Assembly: GCA_965221955.1 (NCBI GenBank)
Contig: CBDCTA010000029.1
Coordinates: 32,001-96,000, forward strand
Length of the DNA: 64,000 nt
Source of the DNA: Gammaproteobacteria bacterium
Lineage (GTDB): Bacteria; Pseudomonadota; Gammaproteobacteria; UBA4575
Reading direction: 5' to 3'
Under the pieces are notes generated by a model. It did not search any database, was not told the DNA's origin, and saw nothing but the letters and a program-made list of their open reading frames with translations. Numbering within the stretch: position 1 is the stretch's first letter; every line of letters starts with the position of its first letter. The position numbers and the translations under genes were made by a program. Below are positions 51,347 to 62,430 of the stretch, one piece after another.

Positions 51347-52618
51347 TTAAATTGCTTTGGATCCTATATCTTTACGATAAAACATATTGGGCCAAGATAT
51401 ATGTTTTACTAAATCGTATGCAGAATGTTGAGCACTTACAATGTCATGGCCTAGAGCGGTTGCACATAACACCCGTCCACCATTTGTTACAATGTTACCG
51501 TCCACTATTTTTGTCCCCGCATGAAAAACTTTTTGTGTATCAGTGTCAATTTTTTCTAAGCCTTGTATCACTAGACCTTTCTCGTAGCTTTCAGGATAAC
51601 CGCCTGCAGCTATTACTACGCCAACTGCAACACGTGGATCCCACTCAATAAAATGTTGGTTTAATTGTTTATTTGCGCCCGCTAAACATAATTCAGCCAA
51701 ATCAGATTGCATGCGCATTAAAATAGGTTGTGTTTCAGGATCGCCAAAGCGGCAATTAAATTCCAACACATAAGGATTGTTATTTTTATCAATCATTATG
51801 CCCGCATATAAAAAACCAACAAAAGGTGTGCCTTGATTTGCAAAACCTTTCACGACGGGATGGATCACTTGCTGAAGAATTTTTTCATGCATAGTTTCGT
51901 TAACAATTGGCGCAGGTGAGTAAGCACCCATGCCACCCGTATTGGGTCCAGTATCGCCTTCATCACGTGCTTTGTGATCTTGTGAACTAGCCAAAGCTAA
52001 GATGTGTTCTCCATCCACCATACAGATAAAACTCGCTTCTTCACCTTGAATGAATTCTTCTACGACTATGCGGTGACCGGCATCTCCAAAACTTGATCCA
52101 CTCAGCATGTGTTTGGCGCATTGCAGAGCGTCTTGTTTGTGTTTAGCAATGACAACACCTTTACCTGCTGCTAAGCCATCTGCCTTGATTACAATTGGAA
52201 ACGATTGGGATGAAATATAATTTTCAGCTTCTGAATAATCGGTAAATACTGCATAGTCGCCAGTAGGAATACTTTGTTGCTGCATAAATTTTTTGGCGAA
52301 AGCTTTCGAGCCTTCTAATTGAGCCGTTGTTGCAGACGGTCCAAATATTGTCAGTGAGTCTTTTTGAAACTCATCAACGATACCTGCAACTAAGGGTGCT
52401 TCAGGTCCAACAATGGTTAAATCAATATTTTCTTGCAGGGCAAAGTTTTTTAGAGCTGCAATATCTTCAGCATCTATTGCGATATTTTCTGTTTTTGGTT
52501 CAGTAGCTGTACCTGCATTCCCAGGGGCGACAAATACTTTTGATACTTTGTTGGATTGTGCAATCTTCCATGCAAGTGCGTGTTCGCGGCCACCACCGCC
52601 GACAATTAATACTTTCAT
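51347..52618 (-). CDS. purD: Phosphoribosylamine-glycine ligase
   Basis: GGGGREHA, KADGLAAGKGV, GPNTGGMGAY, RFGDPETQ. Confidence 0.97.
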   Translation of the reverse strand: MKVLIVGGGGREHALAWKIAQSNKVSKVFVAPGNAGTATEPKTENIAIDAEDIAALKNFALQENIDLTIVGPEAPLVAGIVDEFQKDSLTIFGPSATTAQLEGSKAFAKKFMQQQSIPTGDYAVFTDYSEAENYISSQSFPIVIKADGLAAGKGVVIAKHKQDALQCAKHMLSGSSFGDAGHRIVVEEFIQGEEASFICMVDGEHILALASSQDHKARDEGDTGPNTGGMGAYSPAPIVNETMHEKILQQVIHPVVKGFANQGTPFVGFLYAGIMIDKNNNPYVLEFNCRFGDPETQPILMRMQSDLAELCLAGANKQLNQHFIEWDPRVAVGVVIAAGGYPESYEKGLVIQGLEKIDTDTQKVFHAGTKIVDGNIVTNGGRVLCATALGHDIVSAQHSAYDLVKHISWPNMFYRKDIGSKAI

Positions 52619-52622
52619 TTTA

Positions 52623-53513
52623 TTATGTGTAACGAGTAAGAACGTATGCGAGTGCTAAAGGTAAAGTAATCATAGCGAATAAATTACCTAGTAACACGAT
52701 CGATGCAACTGACTTGGGTTGCTGATTAAATCTTTCTGCAAATAAAAAATTCATTACTGCAGGAGGAAGTGCGCCAAATAATAATAAAGAACCTGCTTGT
52801 ATCGCACTAAATTCAAATAACATTACTAAAAAGAAGGCAATTGCAAAACCGATTAGAGGAGTCAGCACAGCAAATAACAATCCCATTTTCCATTCTTGAA
52901 AATCGACACTAGCGATGCGCACACCTAAAGAAAATAACATCAGGGGAATAGCAATTTGGCCTAACATAGTAATGGGTAACATTACATTGCTAGGTATGAT
53001 GATGGGTGAAACATTGAAGATTAGAGCAAATGCCGCTGCCCAGAGCACGGCTTGGCGCAACAATATTTTAATGCCTTGTCCTGCACTCAATATATATGTG
53101 CCTAATCCATAATGTGTGATGTTGCCGACTAAAAATAGCACCAAGCCTGTAACTAAACCGGGTTTACCAAAAGCCAAGCTCATAATCGGCAAGCCAACAT
53201 TGCCTGCGTTATGAAACATCAGCGGTGGTGCGATGGTACGAAAGGCATAATGAGTCGTTTTTGAAATAATAAATGCCAGTATCCCTGCTCCCAAAACGAT
53301 CGCTAAACCTGCCAGTGCTAGAGAGACATGAGGCGCTAAATCAAAAGCTTTATCACTCAAGGAGGAAAACACTAATGCGGGAACAAACACATCTAGATTC
53401 AAACGATTGGCGGTATCCATATTCAAATTTGAAATACGGCCCATTACTGTACCGACTGCCACTATCGCTACAATGGGAAACATGATGCTGAGAATTTGAA
53501 TGACGAGTGTCAT
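52623..53513 (-). CDS. AEC family transporter
   Basis: About 10 TM helices; NAGNVGLP, IPLMLFSLG, LPPAVMN. Confidence 0.88.
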   Translation of the reverse strand: MTLVIQILSIMFPIVAIVAVGTVMGRISNLNMDTANRLNLDVFVPALVFSSLSDKAFDLAPHVSLALAGLAIVLGAGILAFIISKTTHYAFRTIAPPLMFHNAGNVGLPIMSLAFGKPGLVTGLVLFLVGNITHYGLGTYILSAGQGIKILLRQAVLWAAAFALIFNVSPIIIPSNVMLPITMLGQIAIPLMLFSLGVRIASVDFQEWKMGLLFAVLTPLIGFAIAFFLVMLFEFSAIQAGSLLLFGALPPAVMNFLFAERFNQQPKSVASIVLLGNLFAMITLPLALAYVLTRYT

Positions 53514-53545
53514 ATTGATTTAGGTTTTAGGTGCTTTAAATAATC

Positions 53546-53654
53546 GTAGATTTTGGTTTTAGATGAGGCGCAGTTCTTTCGAGAAGCAGAATTTACATGA
53601 AAATAAATAAGCATCGCAGAAAGCACTGCAACGAAATATCAAACCAAAAGATAC
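53546..53654. repeat. About 105-bp imperfect palindromic (REP-like) element
   Basis: TTTTGGTTT...AAACCAAAA outer stem and GCAGT-CTTTC...GAAAG-ACTGC inner stem, with AGGCG/CAACG bulge. Confidence 0.6.
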
Positions 53655-53669
53655 ATTAATAAAAAGTGC

Positions 53670-55244
53670 CTAATGGCGGAAGTGTCGCATAGATGTTAAC
53701 ACCATGGCCATCCCATACTCATCCACTGCTTCTATCACATCTTTATCATTCATCGAGCCACCCGGCTGAATGATCGCAGTAATACCATTTTCATGTGCGG
53801 CATCAATCGCATCACGAAATGGGAAAAATGCATCAGACGCCATGACTGAACCTGCTACTTCCAAATTTTCGTCTTGCGCTTTAATAGCAGCAATGCGCGC
53901 AGAGTACACACGACTCATCTGACCTGCACCCACACCAATAGTTTGTTGTTTGCGTGCATACACAATGGCATTGGACTTAACAAATTTTACAACCTTCCAA
54001 GCAAATAATAAGTCATGAATTTCTTGCTCATTGGGTTGGCGTTTAGAAACAATTTTTAAATTGTCTTGATGGATTACGCCTAAATCACGGTCTTGCACAA
54101 GCAATCCACCCAGTACACGTTTGTAATCAAAGGCTTCAAATGTGCCATCCCAGGTGCCACACTCAAGTACACGAATATTTTTCTTCTCTGCTAAAACTTT
54201 GCGTGTGTCTTCTGGAACGGTTGGTGCAATGAGTACTTCAACAAACTGCCGATCAATAATCGTTTTTGCTGTATCTGCATCTAGCGTTTGATTAAAAGCG
54301 ATGATACCTCCAAAGGCTGAAGTTGGATCGGTTTGGTAAGCTAATTCATAGGCTTGTAAAATATTATCTGCAACAGCTACACCACAAGGGTTAGCATGTT
54401 TTACAATTACACATGCCGACTCAGAAAATTGTCGCACGCATTCTAATGCGGCATCTGTATCCGCAACATTATTATAAGACAGTTCTTTTCCTTGAATGAC
54501 TTTAGAGCCTGCAACACTTGGTTCTAAAACACCCTCTTCTATATAAAATGCACCACGTTGATGTGGGTTTTCGCCATAACGCAATACTAAGGATTGTTGA
54601 AACTGTAAATTTAATGTGCGTGGGAAAGTGGCATCGCTATCGGGTAGCTTAGTGCCTAAGTAATTCGCAATCATGCCGTCATATTGTGAAGTATGCTCAA
54701 AGGTTTTTACTGCAAGATCAAAACGCAGTTCTTCATCCAGTGCACAATTATTGTTGTTTAGCTTGTCGAGTATAGTTGCATAATCGCTGGGATTGACTAC
54801 CACAGCAACATAGCGATGATTTTTCGCCGCCGCACGCAGCATCGTTGGTCCACCAATATCGATGTTCTCTATTGCATTTTCTAATGTGCAATCTGGTTTA
54901 GCCACGGTCGCAGCGAATGGGTATAGGTTAATCACGACTAAATCGATAGGCGCAATTCCGTGTTCTTGCATTACCTCGTCGTCAGTACCACGACGTCCTA
55001 AAATACCGCCATGTATTTTTGGATGTAGTGTTTTAACACGTCCATCCATCATTTCTGGGAAACCGGTGTAGTCTGAAACCTCTGTAACGTCTAAACCATT
55101 TTCACTTAATAGCTTGGCAGTACCACCTGTAGAGAGTAACTCGATATTGAGTTTGCTGAGTTCACGTACAAATTCAACGACTCCGGTCTTATCGGAGACG
55201 CTGATTAAGGCACGACGAATAATTTGTGGCTCGGATTTAGCCAA
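53670..55244 (-). CDS. purH: Bifunctional AICAR transformylase/IMP cyclohydrolase
   Basis: [37 protein letters not shown]. Confidence 0.98.
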   Translation of the reverse strand: MAKSEPQIIRRALISVSDKTGVVEFVRELSKLNIELLSTGGTAKLLSENGLDVTEVSDYTGFPEMMDGRVKTLHPKIHGGILGRRGTDDEVMQEHGIAPIDLVVINLYPFAATVAKPDCTLENAIENIDIGGPTMLRAAAKNHRYVAVVVNPSDYATILDKLNNNNCALDEELRFDLAVKTFEHTSQYDGMIANYLGTKLPDSDATFPRTLNLQFQQSLVLRYGENPHQRGAFYIEEGVLEPSVAGSKVIQGKELSYNNVADTDAALECVRQFSESACVIVKHANPCGVAVADNILQAYELAYQTDPTSAFGGIIAFNQTLDADTAKTIIDRQFVEVLIAPTVPEDTRKVLAEKKNIRVLECGTWDGTFEAFDYKRVLGGLLVQDRDLGVIHQDNLKIVSKRQPNEQEIHDLLFAWKVVKFVKSNAIVYARKQQTIGVGAGQMSRVYSARIAAIKAQDENLEVAGSVMASDAFFPFRDAIDAAHENGITAIIQPGGSMNDKDVIEAVDEYGMAMVLTSMRHFRH

Positions 55245-55298
55245 CTACTGAACCACCAATGATGTTGTTAGGAAAGCGCTTGAGATTCGCTTTAAGTA

Positions 55299-55580
55299 TT
55301 AGTTTAGGCCGTAGATTTTTAGTTTTTTACGCAATGTGCCGCGGTTAAGACCTAAGCATCTAGCCGCTTTGGTTTGATTGCCATTGCAATATTGCATTAC
55401 AGACTCGAGAAGAGGGCGTTCTACTTCTTCGATGAACATTTTGTACAGCTCTTCAGGTTCATGTCCACTTAATGAGTTTAAGTAAAGTCTTAAAGAGTTT
55501 TTAACATTATCACGCAAAGGTTGTTTGCGACGCTCTTGATGTAAGTTTGTTACTTGTGCTGTAGAAAATGATGCATTCAT
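55299..55580 (-). CDS. fis: DNA-binding protein Fis
   Basis: GNQTKAARCLGLNRGTLRKKLK; downstream of dusB. Confidence 0.95.
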   Translation of the reverse strand: MNASFSTAQVTNLHQERRKQPLRDNVKNSLRLYLNSLSGHEPEELYKMFIEEVERPLLESVMQYCNGNQTKAARCLGLNRGTLRKKLKIYGLN

Positions 55581-56602
55581 GCGGCTAACTCCGTTATGTT
55601 TGTACGCTGATATCTAAAGAATTCTTTCAAATATTTTTGTTGCTGTTGCGGACAATCCGTTTTTAACAACAAGTCTTTAAATATCGCATAGCCTTTATAA
55701 TTTTTTAAGTACCAAGTGATATGTTTTCGAGCAACACGTACACCCACTTTATTTCCATAATGCGAATATAACCCATGGGTATGAGTTATTACTACGCTTT
55801 CGATTTCTTCCAATGAGGGTGTGGGCAGCGTCTTTTTATTTTTTAGCAGGTAATTAACTTGTTTAAATATCCAAGGATTACCTTGCGCTGCTCTTCCTAT
55901 CATAATCGCATTTGCTCCAGTAAAAGCCAAGACCTTTTTTGCAGTTTGTGGAGAATTAATATCACCATTTGCAATTACAGGAATTGCCACCATATTTTTT
56001 ACAGATTTTATTGTTTCGTATTCTGCATTTCCTTTATACATGCATTGACGTGTGCGTCCATGTATGGCAAGCGATTGCACACCTGTGGATTCAGCAATTT
56101 TTGCAATGTTTATTGCATTTCTATTTTGTGGATCTATTCCGGTACGCATCTTTAGCGTAACTGGTGCATGCACTGCATTAACTACTGCTTCTAAGATGCG
56201 TGCTACATTTTTTTCATCTGCTAATAATGCGGAACCTGCATGACTACGACAAACTCTTTTCGCTGGACATCCCATATTGATATCAACAATTTGTGCGCCT
56301 TTATCTACACAAAGTTTTGCTGCGGTGGCCATCATTGCAGGTTTCGTTCCTGAAATTTGCACGATTCGCGGTTCAGGATCTGTAGGTTTGATAATACGTT
56401 GTGAGCTTTTATTACTTTTCCAATGTGCAATGTCTGAAGTAAGCATTTCAGAAACGGTTGCAGAGGCACCCGTTTGCATGCATATGGCACGATAAACACT
56501 ATCTGTAATCCCTGCCATAGGCGCCAAAAGTGTATGGCCCGACAATGTATAGGGGCCAATTTTTAAAGGCTTCAGTGCTGGGTTAAAGGAATTCGAATTC
56601 AT
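55577..56602 (-). CDS. dusB: tRNA dihydrouridine synthase DusB
   Basis: LAPMAG, DINMGCP, HGRTR, IANGDI, ARKH. Confidence 0.95.
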   Translation of the reverse strand: MNSNSFNPALKPLKIGPYTLSGHTLLAPMAGITDSVYRAICMQTGASATVSEMLTSDIAHWKSNKSSQRIIKPTDPEPRIVQISGTKPAMMATAAKLCVDKGAQIVDINMGCPAKRVCRSHAGSALLADEKNVARILEAVVNAVHAPVTLKMRTGIDPQNRNAINIAKIAESTGVQSLAIHGRTRQCMYKGNAEYETIKSVKNMVAIPVIANGDINSPQTAKKVLAFTGANAIMIGRAAQGNPWIFKQVNYLLKNKKTLPTPSLEEIESVVITHTHGLYSHYGNKVGVRVARKHITWYLKNYKGYAIFKDLLLKTDCPQQQQKYLKEFFRYQRTNITELAA

Positions 56603-57380
56603 ATGCGATCACAATATTGCCAGGGTCCAATACTTCTAAACGTGCGCCTACCGGTTGATTGGGGGACATAAGTGTATCCGCAAGTGATTTATTCACAAGA
56701 TAGTCTTTTGGGCTAAAACGACGGATGGCAACAATTTGTCCTTGAGTATTCAATAAGGAGATTTGTAACCAAGGGTAAAGTTGCGCGGATTGAGATTGAT
56801 TTACAATCGATGCAGTGATCATGAGTGCATTTTTTGCATTTGGATGTGTGTAAACATTGCGATTCAAAATTTTTATCGCAGTTAAGTCACGTTTATTATG
56901 ATCACCACAAGCAAAAGGTTTGCAAAAACTATTTATCCAAGTGCGTGGTAATACGTCAACGTTTTGCCAATAACTAATTTGCCCAAGAAAAAATATGGCT
57001 AAAGCAATCGCGCCTATGGTGAAAACAACAATTTGAATAGGGCTATTGGTTTTAGTAAGAACGTTGCCGCCAAAGTCATCACGAATCACCGTAGGGACGA
57101 CATCTGCATCGATCAATTCGTCTTCATCACTTTGTTCTATAACTTCTTCAGCTTCTTCCCAATCCTGATGGTCAAAACTTTGATCAGAATCCGATTCAAA
57201 TGATTCTTCAAGATGTTGATACTCTTCGACTTGTGCTTCTGGGTTATGGTCTTCATCGATATGCTCTCGGCCATTGAACACCGTATCGCAAATTCCACAG
57301 CGCACTAAACCATCTGCAATATTGAGTTGCTCTGTGGTAACGCGAAAGATGGCGTTGCATTCGGGGCATTTAGTGAACAT
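56583..57380 (-). CDS. Zinc-ribbon and DUF3426 domain protein
   Basis: CPEC...VRCGIC N-terminal ribbon, acidic linker, TM helix; between prmA and dusB. Confidence 0.88.
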   Translation of the reverse strand: MFTKCPECNAIFRVTTEQLNIADGLVRCGICDTVFNGREHIDEDHNPEAQVEEYQHLEESFESDSDQSFDHQDWEEAEEVIEQSDEDELIDADVVPTVIRDDFGGNVLTKTNSPIQIVVFTIGAIALAIFFLGQISYWQNVDVLPRTWINSFCKPFACGDHNKRDLTAIKILNRNVYTHPNAKNALMITASIVNQSQSAQLYPWLQISLLNTQGQIVAIRRFSPKDYLVNKSLADTLMSPNQPVGARLEVLDPGNIVIAYEFEFL

Positions 57381-57403
57381 AGAACTAAAAACTCTGACTC
57401 AAG

Positions 57404-58273
57404 TTAAGTCAACGAGGCTTCAACCAATAACCATTCATTTTTCGAGTACACTGCATCAAACTTAAAGTGGGTTTGGTATGCAGTTTCTAGCTGTGTAAGC
57501 TGTTGTTCTAGTATACCGGATAAAATTAATTTGCTTGAAGGTGAGAGGCTTTCTGCAAAATATGAGCTTAGCTCAATTAATGGTTGCAGTAACACGTTTG
57601 CAATAACGATTTCGCAGCTTTCTTGTATTGGTGTACTCGCCAAATCAATTTGTAAGATGGTTTCATCTACTTGGTTGTTTTTAGCATTCAATTGTGTAGC
57701 TTGGATCGCTTGTGGGTCATGATCGATGGCATAGATTTTTTCTGCACCTAAGAAATATGCAGCAATCGCCAAAATGCCTGAGCCACAACCAAAATCCATT
57801 ACTGTTTTACCTGACAGTGAATGACTGCTCAGCCATTCTAAGCATAAAGAAGTGGTAGCGTGACTGCCGGTGCCAAAAGCGAGTCCAGGATCCAATCTAA
57901 TATTGATGGCAAAAGGGTCGGGATACGTCGCCCAAGTAGGACAAACCCATAGACGCTCTCCAAACTGTAGCGGCTGAAAATTTTGCATAGATTTTTTTTG
58001 CCAATCTTGTTCTTGTATCTCTCGCTTATGTATTTCTATCGATGCGCTAAGGATCTGTTCAAGGCGTTGTTGCAAATCACGGATATCCAGATCCTGAGTA
58101 AAAAGAGCGGTGAGGGTGATGTATTGCCAAAGTGGGGTGCTTCCCACTTCTTCTACAAACACAGGATGATTTTCTGCATCTTCAAGACTGATGGAGGTCG
58201 CGCCTAAATCTTCAAGCAAGATTTCAGTGGCCAGAAATTGTGAGCGATTCAGGCGTACACTAATTTCGAACAC
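57404..58273 (-). CDS. prmA: Ribosomal protein L11 methyltransferase
   Basis: LDPGLAFGTGSHATT, DFGCGSGILA, LSGIL. Confidence 0.96.
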   Translation of the reverse strand: MFEISVRLNRSQFLATEILLEDLGATSISLEDAENHPVFVEEVGSTPLWQYITLTALFTQDLDIRDLQQRLEQILSASIEIHKREIQEQDWQKKSMQNFQPLQFGERLWVCPTWATYPDPFAINIRLDPGLAFGTGSHATTSLCLEWLSSHSLSGKTVMDFGCGSGILAIAAYFLGAEKIYAIDHDPQAIQATQLNAKNNQVDETILQIDLASTPIQESCEIVIANVLLQPLIELSSYFAESLSPSSKLILSGILEQQLTQLETAYQTHFKFDAVYSKNEWLLVEASLT

Positions 58274-58307
58274 GATGTAGAGTGTTTTAAAAACTTAAGA
58301 ACAAAGC

Positions 58308-59648
58308 TTAGGAGGAAAGTTTAGTTTCGAGATAGTGGATATTATGTTTTGCGGCTACGAATGTTTCATCTACCATTAAATCTTGTAGTAGAGGAATATT
58401 GGTGGTAATACCATCTATGACGATTTCATGCAAAGCACCACGCATGCGCGTCAATGCGCCTTCGCGACTATGACCTACGGCAAGTAGCTTGCCAATCATA
58501 GAGTCATAGTAAGGGGGTACGTTATAGCCATTGTATAAATGCGTATCTACACGAATACCAGGGCCACCGGGACAATGAAAATGGCTGACCTTTCCAGGGC
58601 AAGGAATAAATTTATAAGGGTCTTCAGCATTGATACGACATTCGATAGCATGCCCACGAATCTTGATATCGTCTTGTGTGAAAGTCAGTTCCTCACCGGC
58701 AGCGATAAGCAGCTGTTGTTTCACAATATCAATACCTGTAATCATTTCGGTTACCGGATGCTCTACTTGCACACGGGTATTCATTTCAATGAAGTAGAAT
58801 TCCCCATTGGCGTATAAAAATTCAAACGTTCCTGCGCCTCGATAATTTATTTGACGACAAGCTTCGGTAATTCTTGCGCCAATTTTCTCGCGTTGTTCTG
58901 CAGTAATGCCGAATGCAGGTGCCTCTTCAATCACTTTTTGGTTACGACGTTGCATGGAGCAGTCGCGCTCACATAAATGAATCGCATTGCCATGTGTATC
59001 CGCCAAAACTTGAAACTCTACATGACGCGGCTTTTCTAGAAACTTTTCCATAAACAAGCGATCGTCATTAAACGCAGCACCTGCTTCACTGCGGGTGAGA
59101 GAAATTGCTTCGGGTAGTTCATCTTCTCGATGTACGACACGCATGCCACGTCCACCGCCGCCACCGGCAGCTTTAACCATTACCGGATAGCCAATTTCTT
59201 GTGCAATTTCTTTGGCACGATTCATATCATCGCTAATGGGTTCAATAGTGCCTGGGACGCAAGGTACACCAGCCTTTTCCATTGCTGCCTTGGCTGCAAT
59301 TTTATCGCCCATCATACGAATCGTTTCAGATTTTGGGCCTATAAAAACAAAACCACTGGACTCTACAACTTCAGCAAACTCTGCATTTTCAGACAGAAAC
59401 CCATAGCCAGGGTGAATTCCAGTAGCATCCGTTACTTCAGCTGCACTAATAATTGCAGGAATGTTTAAGTAGCTATCAAGAGAAGATGCAGGGCCAATAC
59501 AAACCGATTCATCTGCCATGCCCACATGCATTAAGTCGCGGTCGGCTTCTGAATGTACAGCTACTGTTTTGATTCCCATGTCGCGGCAAGCACGCAGAAT
59601 ACGTAATGCAATTTCACCACGGTTGGCTATTACAACTTTTTCGAGCAT
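58308..59648 (-). CDS. accC: Acetyl-CoA carboxylase biotin carboxylase
   Basis: [34 protein letters not shown]. Confidence 0.97.
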   Translation of the reverse strand: MLEKVVIANRGEIALRILRACRDMGIKTVAVHSEADRDLMHVGMADESVCIGPASSLDSYLNIPAIISAAEVTDATGIHPGYGFLSENAEFAEVVESSGFVFIGPKSETIRMMGDKIAAKAAMEKAGVPCVPGTIEPISDDMNRAKEIAQEIGYPVMVKAAGGGGGRGMRVVHREDELPEAISLTRSEAGAAFNDDRLFMEKFLEKPRHVEFQVLADTHGNAIHLCERDCSMQRRNQKVIEEAPAFGITAEQREKIGARITEACRQINYRGAGTFEFLYANGEFYFIEMNTRVQVEHPVTEMITGIDIVKQQLLIAAGEELTFTQDDIKIRGHAIECRINAEDPYKFIPCPGKVSHFHCPGGPGIRVDTHLYNGYNVPPYYDSMIGKLLAVGHSREGALTRMRGALHEIVIDGITTNIPLLQDLMVDETFVAAKHNIHYLETKLSS

Positions 59649-59672
59649 AAGAAATTTTTTTAACTATTATTT

Positions 59673-60131
59673 TTATTCGATGATGAAGAGTGACTGCCCA
59701 AATTCTACAGGCTGAGCATTTTCTACTAACTTAGCTTTAATCACGCCTGCTTTATCGGCTTCAATTTGATTAAGCATTTTCATTGCTTCGATAATACACA
59801 GTGTGTCACCAACATTTACAGATTGGCCTACTTCAACAAATGCCGCTTGGCCAGGTGCTGGTGATTCATAGAATGTGCCCACCATAGGTGAGTCTACGCT
59901 ATGCCCGCTAGGCACATCAGGAGCCGCTTCTTGGCTTGCAGGTGTTTCCACAGCAGCAGTTGGTGCAACGGGGGCAGCAGCCACTGGTGGTGGTAACATA
60001 ACCTGACTCTGAGCCGAGCTTGTTACACCGCGACTGATACGAACTGATTCTTCGCCTTCTTTAATTTCTATTTCGGCGATACCTGATTCTTCAAGTAACT
60101 CGATGAGTTTTTTAACTTTACGTATGTCCAT
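59673..60131 (-). CDS. accB: Biotin carboxyl carrier protein
   Basis: [13 protein letters not shown]. Confidence 0.97.
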   Translation of the reverse strand: MDIRKVKKLIELLEESGIAEIEIKEGEESVRISRGVTSSAQSQVMLPPPVAAAPVAPTAAVETPASQEAAPDVPSGHSVDSPMVGTFYESPAPGQAAFVEVGQSVNVGDTLCIIEAMKMLNQIEADKAGVIKAKLVENAQPVEFGQSLFIIE

Positions 60132-60195
60132 GATTATCTCTTGTTATAGTTTAAGACTTATAATTTGAGGTTTAATACATCATTCAAGTAAAAAT

Positions 60196-60636
60196 TTATT
60201 TTGTTAACTTATCGTGTGCAGCTTCAACCGCGAGTTCATAACCTTTAGCACCCATACCTGAAATTACGCCTACCGCAATACCAGACAAAAAAGAGTGCTG
60301 TCGAAATTCTTCGCGTGCAAATACATTTGACAAATGTAATTCAATGAATGGAATGTTCACGCCTAACAATGCGTCACGCAGTGCGATACTGGTATGGGTA
60401 AATGCGCCAGGATTAAAAATAATCATATCCACCCCATCTTCTTTAGCTTGATGAATGCGATTGACTAATTCGTGTTCGGCATTACTTTGAAAATCTTCAA
60501 AGGTGTGTCCAAAAGACTTTGCTTTGGTTTGAGCACGTTCTACAACATCCGCTAAGGTGTCATGGCCATAGACTTCGGGCTCTCTTTGACCCAGTAAATT
60601 TAAGTTTGGCCCATTTAATAATAAGAGTTTGTGCAT
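60196..60636 (-). CDS. aroQ: Type II 3-dehydroquinate dehydratase
   Basis: [31 protein letters not shown]. Confidence 0.97.
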   Translation of the reverse strand: MHKLLLLNGPNLNLLGQREPEVYGHDTLADVVERAQTKAKSFGHTFEDFQSNAEHELVNRIHQAKEDGVDMIIFNPGAFTHTSIALRDALLGVNIPFIELHLSNVFAREEFRQHSFLSGIAVGVISGMGAKGYELAVEAAHDKLTK

Positions 60637-60805
60637 AATTTGGCGCTATCTTGATGCGAAATGCTGCTAAAATGCAAAATTATTGTCGTTATTAGGCAGT
60701 GTACACGAAATTGAATATGAATCTAGTTGATTTATCATGAAATTGTACATTTTCAGAAGTTCCTAGAAGTTATGCGTAAGTTCCTTGCAAGTTAGTGAAA
60801 TTTCT

Positions 60806-60832
60806 GAACCGCTGTCTTATTTGCGGGTCTAA
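60806..60832 (+). promoter_or_regulatory. Candidate ECF/sigmaE-type promoter for msrA
   Basis: GAACCG-N16-TCTAA upstream of msrA. Confidence 0.4.
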
Positions 60833-60852
60833 ACAGATTATAAGTCCTTGAA

Positions 60853-61581
60853 TTGATTGTGATTCCTAGATTTATGTCCATGAACCAAATAAATATGCTG
60901 CAAATAAAATTTCTACTCAAAAAATTTCGATGGACGCTGCTCACGTTGGTGTTAGTGATTGTTGTGAGTTGGTTATTTTCTGCAGATATGCGGGTTTTTG
61001 CAGAACCAAAACCAACCACTATGACTGCAGTATTTGCGGGTGGATGTTTTTGGTGTATGGAACCACCCTACGATAAATTGGATGGTGTGATCGCAACTAT
61101 TTCAGGCTACACCGGTGGTCATACGGAAAATCCTACTTATAAACAAGTGTCTACAGATTCGACCGGACATTTTGAAGCGGTAGAAATTACTTACGACTCA
61201 AACAAGATTGACTATCAAACTTTATTAAACGTTTTTTGGCACAATGTTGATCCATTAGATCAGCACGGACAATTTTGCGATAAGGGAAAAAGTTATCGCA
61301 CAGCAATTTTTTATCAGAATGAAACACAAAAACAATTGGCAAATGCGTCGTTGGCGGAACTAGTAGCGTCAAGCTATTTTGAAGTACTGATTGTTACTGA
61401 GATTTTGCCAGCAAAAACGTTTTATCCTGCAGAAGAATATCATCAGGATTACTATAAAAAAAATCCTTTACGATATAAATATTATCGCTTCGCTTGTGGT
61501 AGGGATAATAGACTTAAAGAGCTGTGGAAAGACTCGGCAGGCAAGGGAGGGTCACTGATTCCAGTAACTCTGAGTAATTAA
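60853..61581 (+). CDS. msrA: Exported peptide-methionine (S)-S-oxide reductase
   Basis: GGCFWC, FYPAEEYHQDYY; N-terminal signal/TM. True start probably one of the ATGs at 60874-60895. Confidence 0.94.
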   Translation: MIVIPRFMSMNQINMLQIKFLLKKFRWTLLTLVLVIVVSWLFSADMRVFAEPKPTTMTAVFAGGCFWCMEPPYDKLDGVIATISGYTGGHTENPTYKQVSTDSTGHFEAVEITYDSNKIDYQTLLNVFWHNVDPLDQHGQFCDKGKSYRTAIFYQNETQKQLANASLAELVASSYFEVLIVTEILPAKTFYPAEEYHQDYYKKNPLRYKYYRFACGRDNRLKELWKDSAGKGGSLIPVTLSN

Positions 61582-61587
61582 CTTGGA

Positions 61588-62106
61588 TTAATATAGAGTA
61601 ATAACTTTATCATTCACGAAAGTATAACGAGGTTGTTTATACCAACCATAAAGTAATGCTTTGCGTGGCTCTTTATGAATTTTTTCTTTGTAAATTTTTA
61701 GTTCCCCATTCACTGGGCTCATCCAAAAATCTAAGTCATAAAGTTTTTTACGTTCACCTACAACGTGAAAATCAGTGCAGGCAAAGTAGGTGCTGCTATT
61801 AATAACACGTACTGGATCGTGAATTTTTACAAATTTAAGTTCTAGTATTTCACCGGTTTGGTTATCAAGCATGCGAAAAATTCCATTTTCATCGACGCGT
61901 TCCGCTAGGTGAATCTCCATGGCTTTTTTAATATCTTCAACATAAAATTTAGCCGGGTTTTTATCCGTACTTGCCGGTGGATCACTATGATCAATATTGT
62001 ACTGTTCGCCTATGTTTTCATCGGTTGCATGAAGGTTAAATACGAACCCTAGTAGTAACCAAGTTAGGATTGAGATGACTAAATAGTTTACTACTCGAGT
62101 TCGCAT
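61588..62106 (-). CDS. Exported hypothetical protein
   Basis: Signal peptide; IHDPVR, YFACTDF and YDLDFW segments. Confidence 0.75.
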   Translation of the reverse strand: MRTRVVNYLVISILTWLLLGFVFNLHATDENIGEQYNIDHSDPPASTDKNPAKFYVEDIKKAMEIHLAERVDENGIFRMLDNQTGEILELKFVKIHDPVRVINSSTYFACTDFHVVGERKKLYDLDFWMSPVNGELKIYKEKIHKEPRKALLYGWYKQPRYTFVNDKVITLY

Positions 62107-62124
62107 TCTTTTATTTCCTTGTTG

Positions 62125-62367
62125 TTATTCCTTGTTTTCAGCGGCATCACCTGCATGTTCTGCTTTTTTGCCTGCATGTTCTTTCTTTTCTTCAGCAGCT
62201 TCGCCTGCATGTTCTGCTTTTTTGCCTGCATGTTCTTTCTTTTCTTCAGCAGCTTCGCCTGCATGTTCTTTCTGCTCTTCTGCAGATTTTCCAGCGTGCT
62301 CGCCAGCGTATGCGACCATTAAAAACGCAGATAGAAACAAAGCGGTTAATAATTTAATAAATTTCAT
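62125..62367 (-). CDS. Small exported EHAG-repeat protein
   Basis: Signal peptide ending AYA, then six EHAG motifs in an E/K/A-rich chain; GGAG RBS upstream. Confidence 0.8.
   Translation of the reverse strand: MKFIKLLTALFLSAFLMVAYAGEHAGKSAEEQKEHAGEAAEEKKEHAGKKAEHAGEAAEEKKEHAGKKAEHAGDAAENKE
62150..62269. repeat. Perfect 54-bp tandem repeat (2 copies plus partial) within the EHAG gene
   Basis: Unit CCTGCATGTTCTGCTTTTTTGCCTGCATGTTCTTTCTTTTCTTCAGCAGCTTCG at 62150 and 62204. Confidence 0.92.
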
Positions 62368-62430
62368 ATTAGTACTCCTGGTTAGTTCATCTAAATGGTA
62401 ATAGTTGGTTCAAGGTTAGCCCAGTTTTTA

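Noticed and set aside
62119-62401. Plus-strand ORFs 62119-62322 and 62132-62401
   Set aside because: Antisense shadows of the EHAG repeat gene, which has the signal peptide and RBS.
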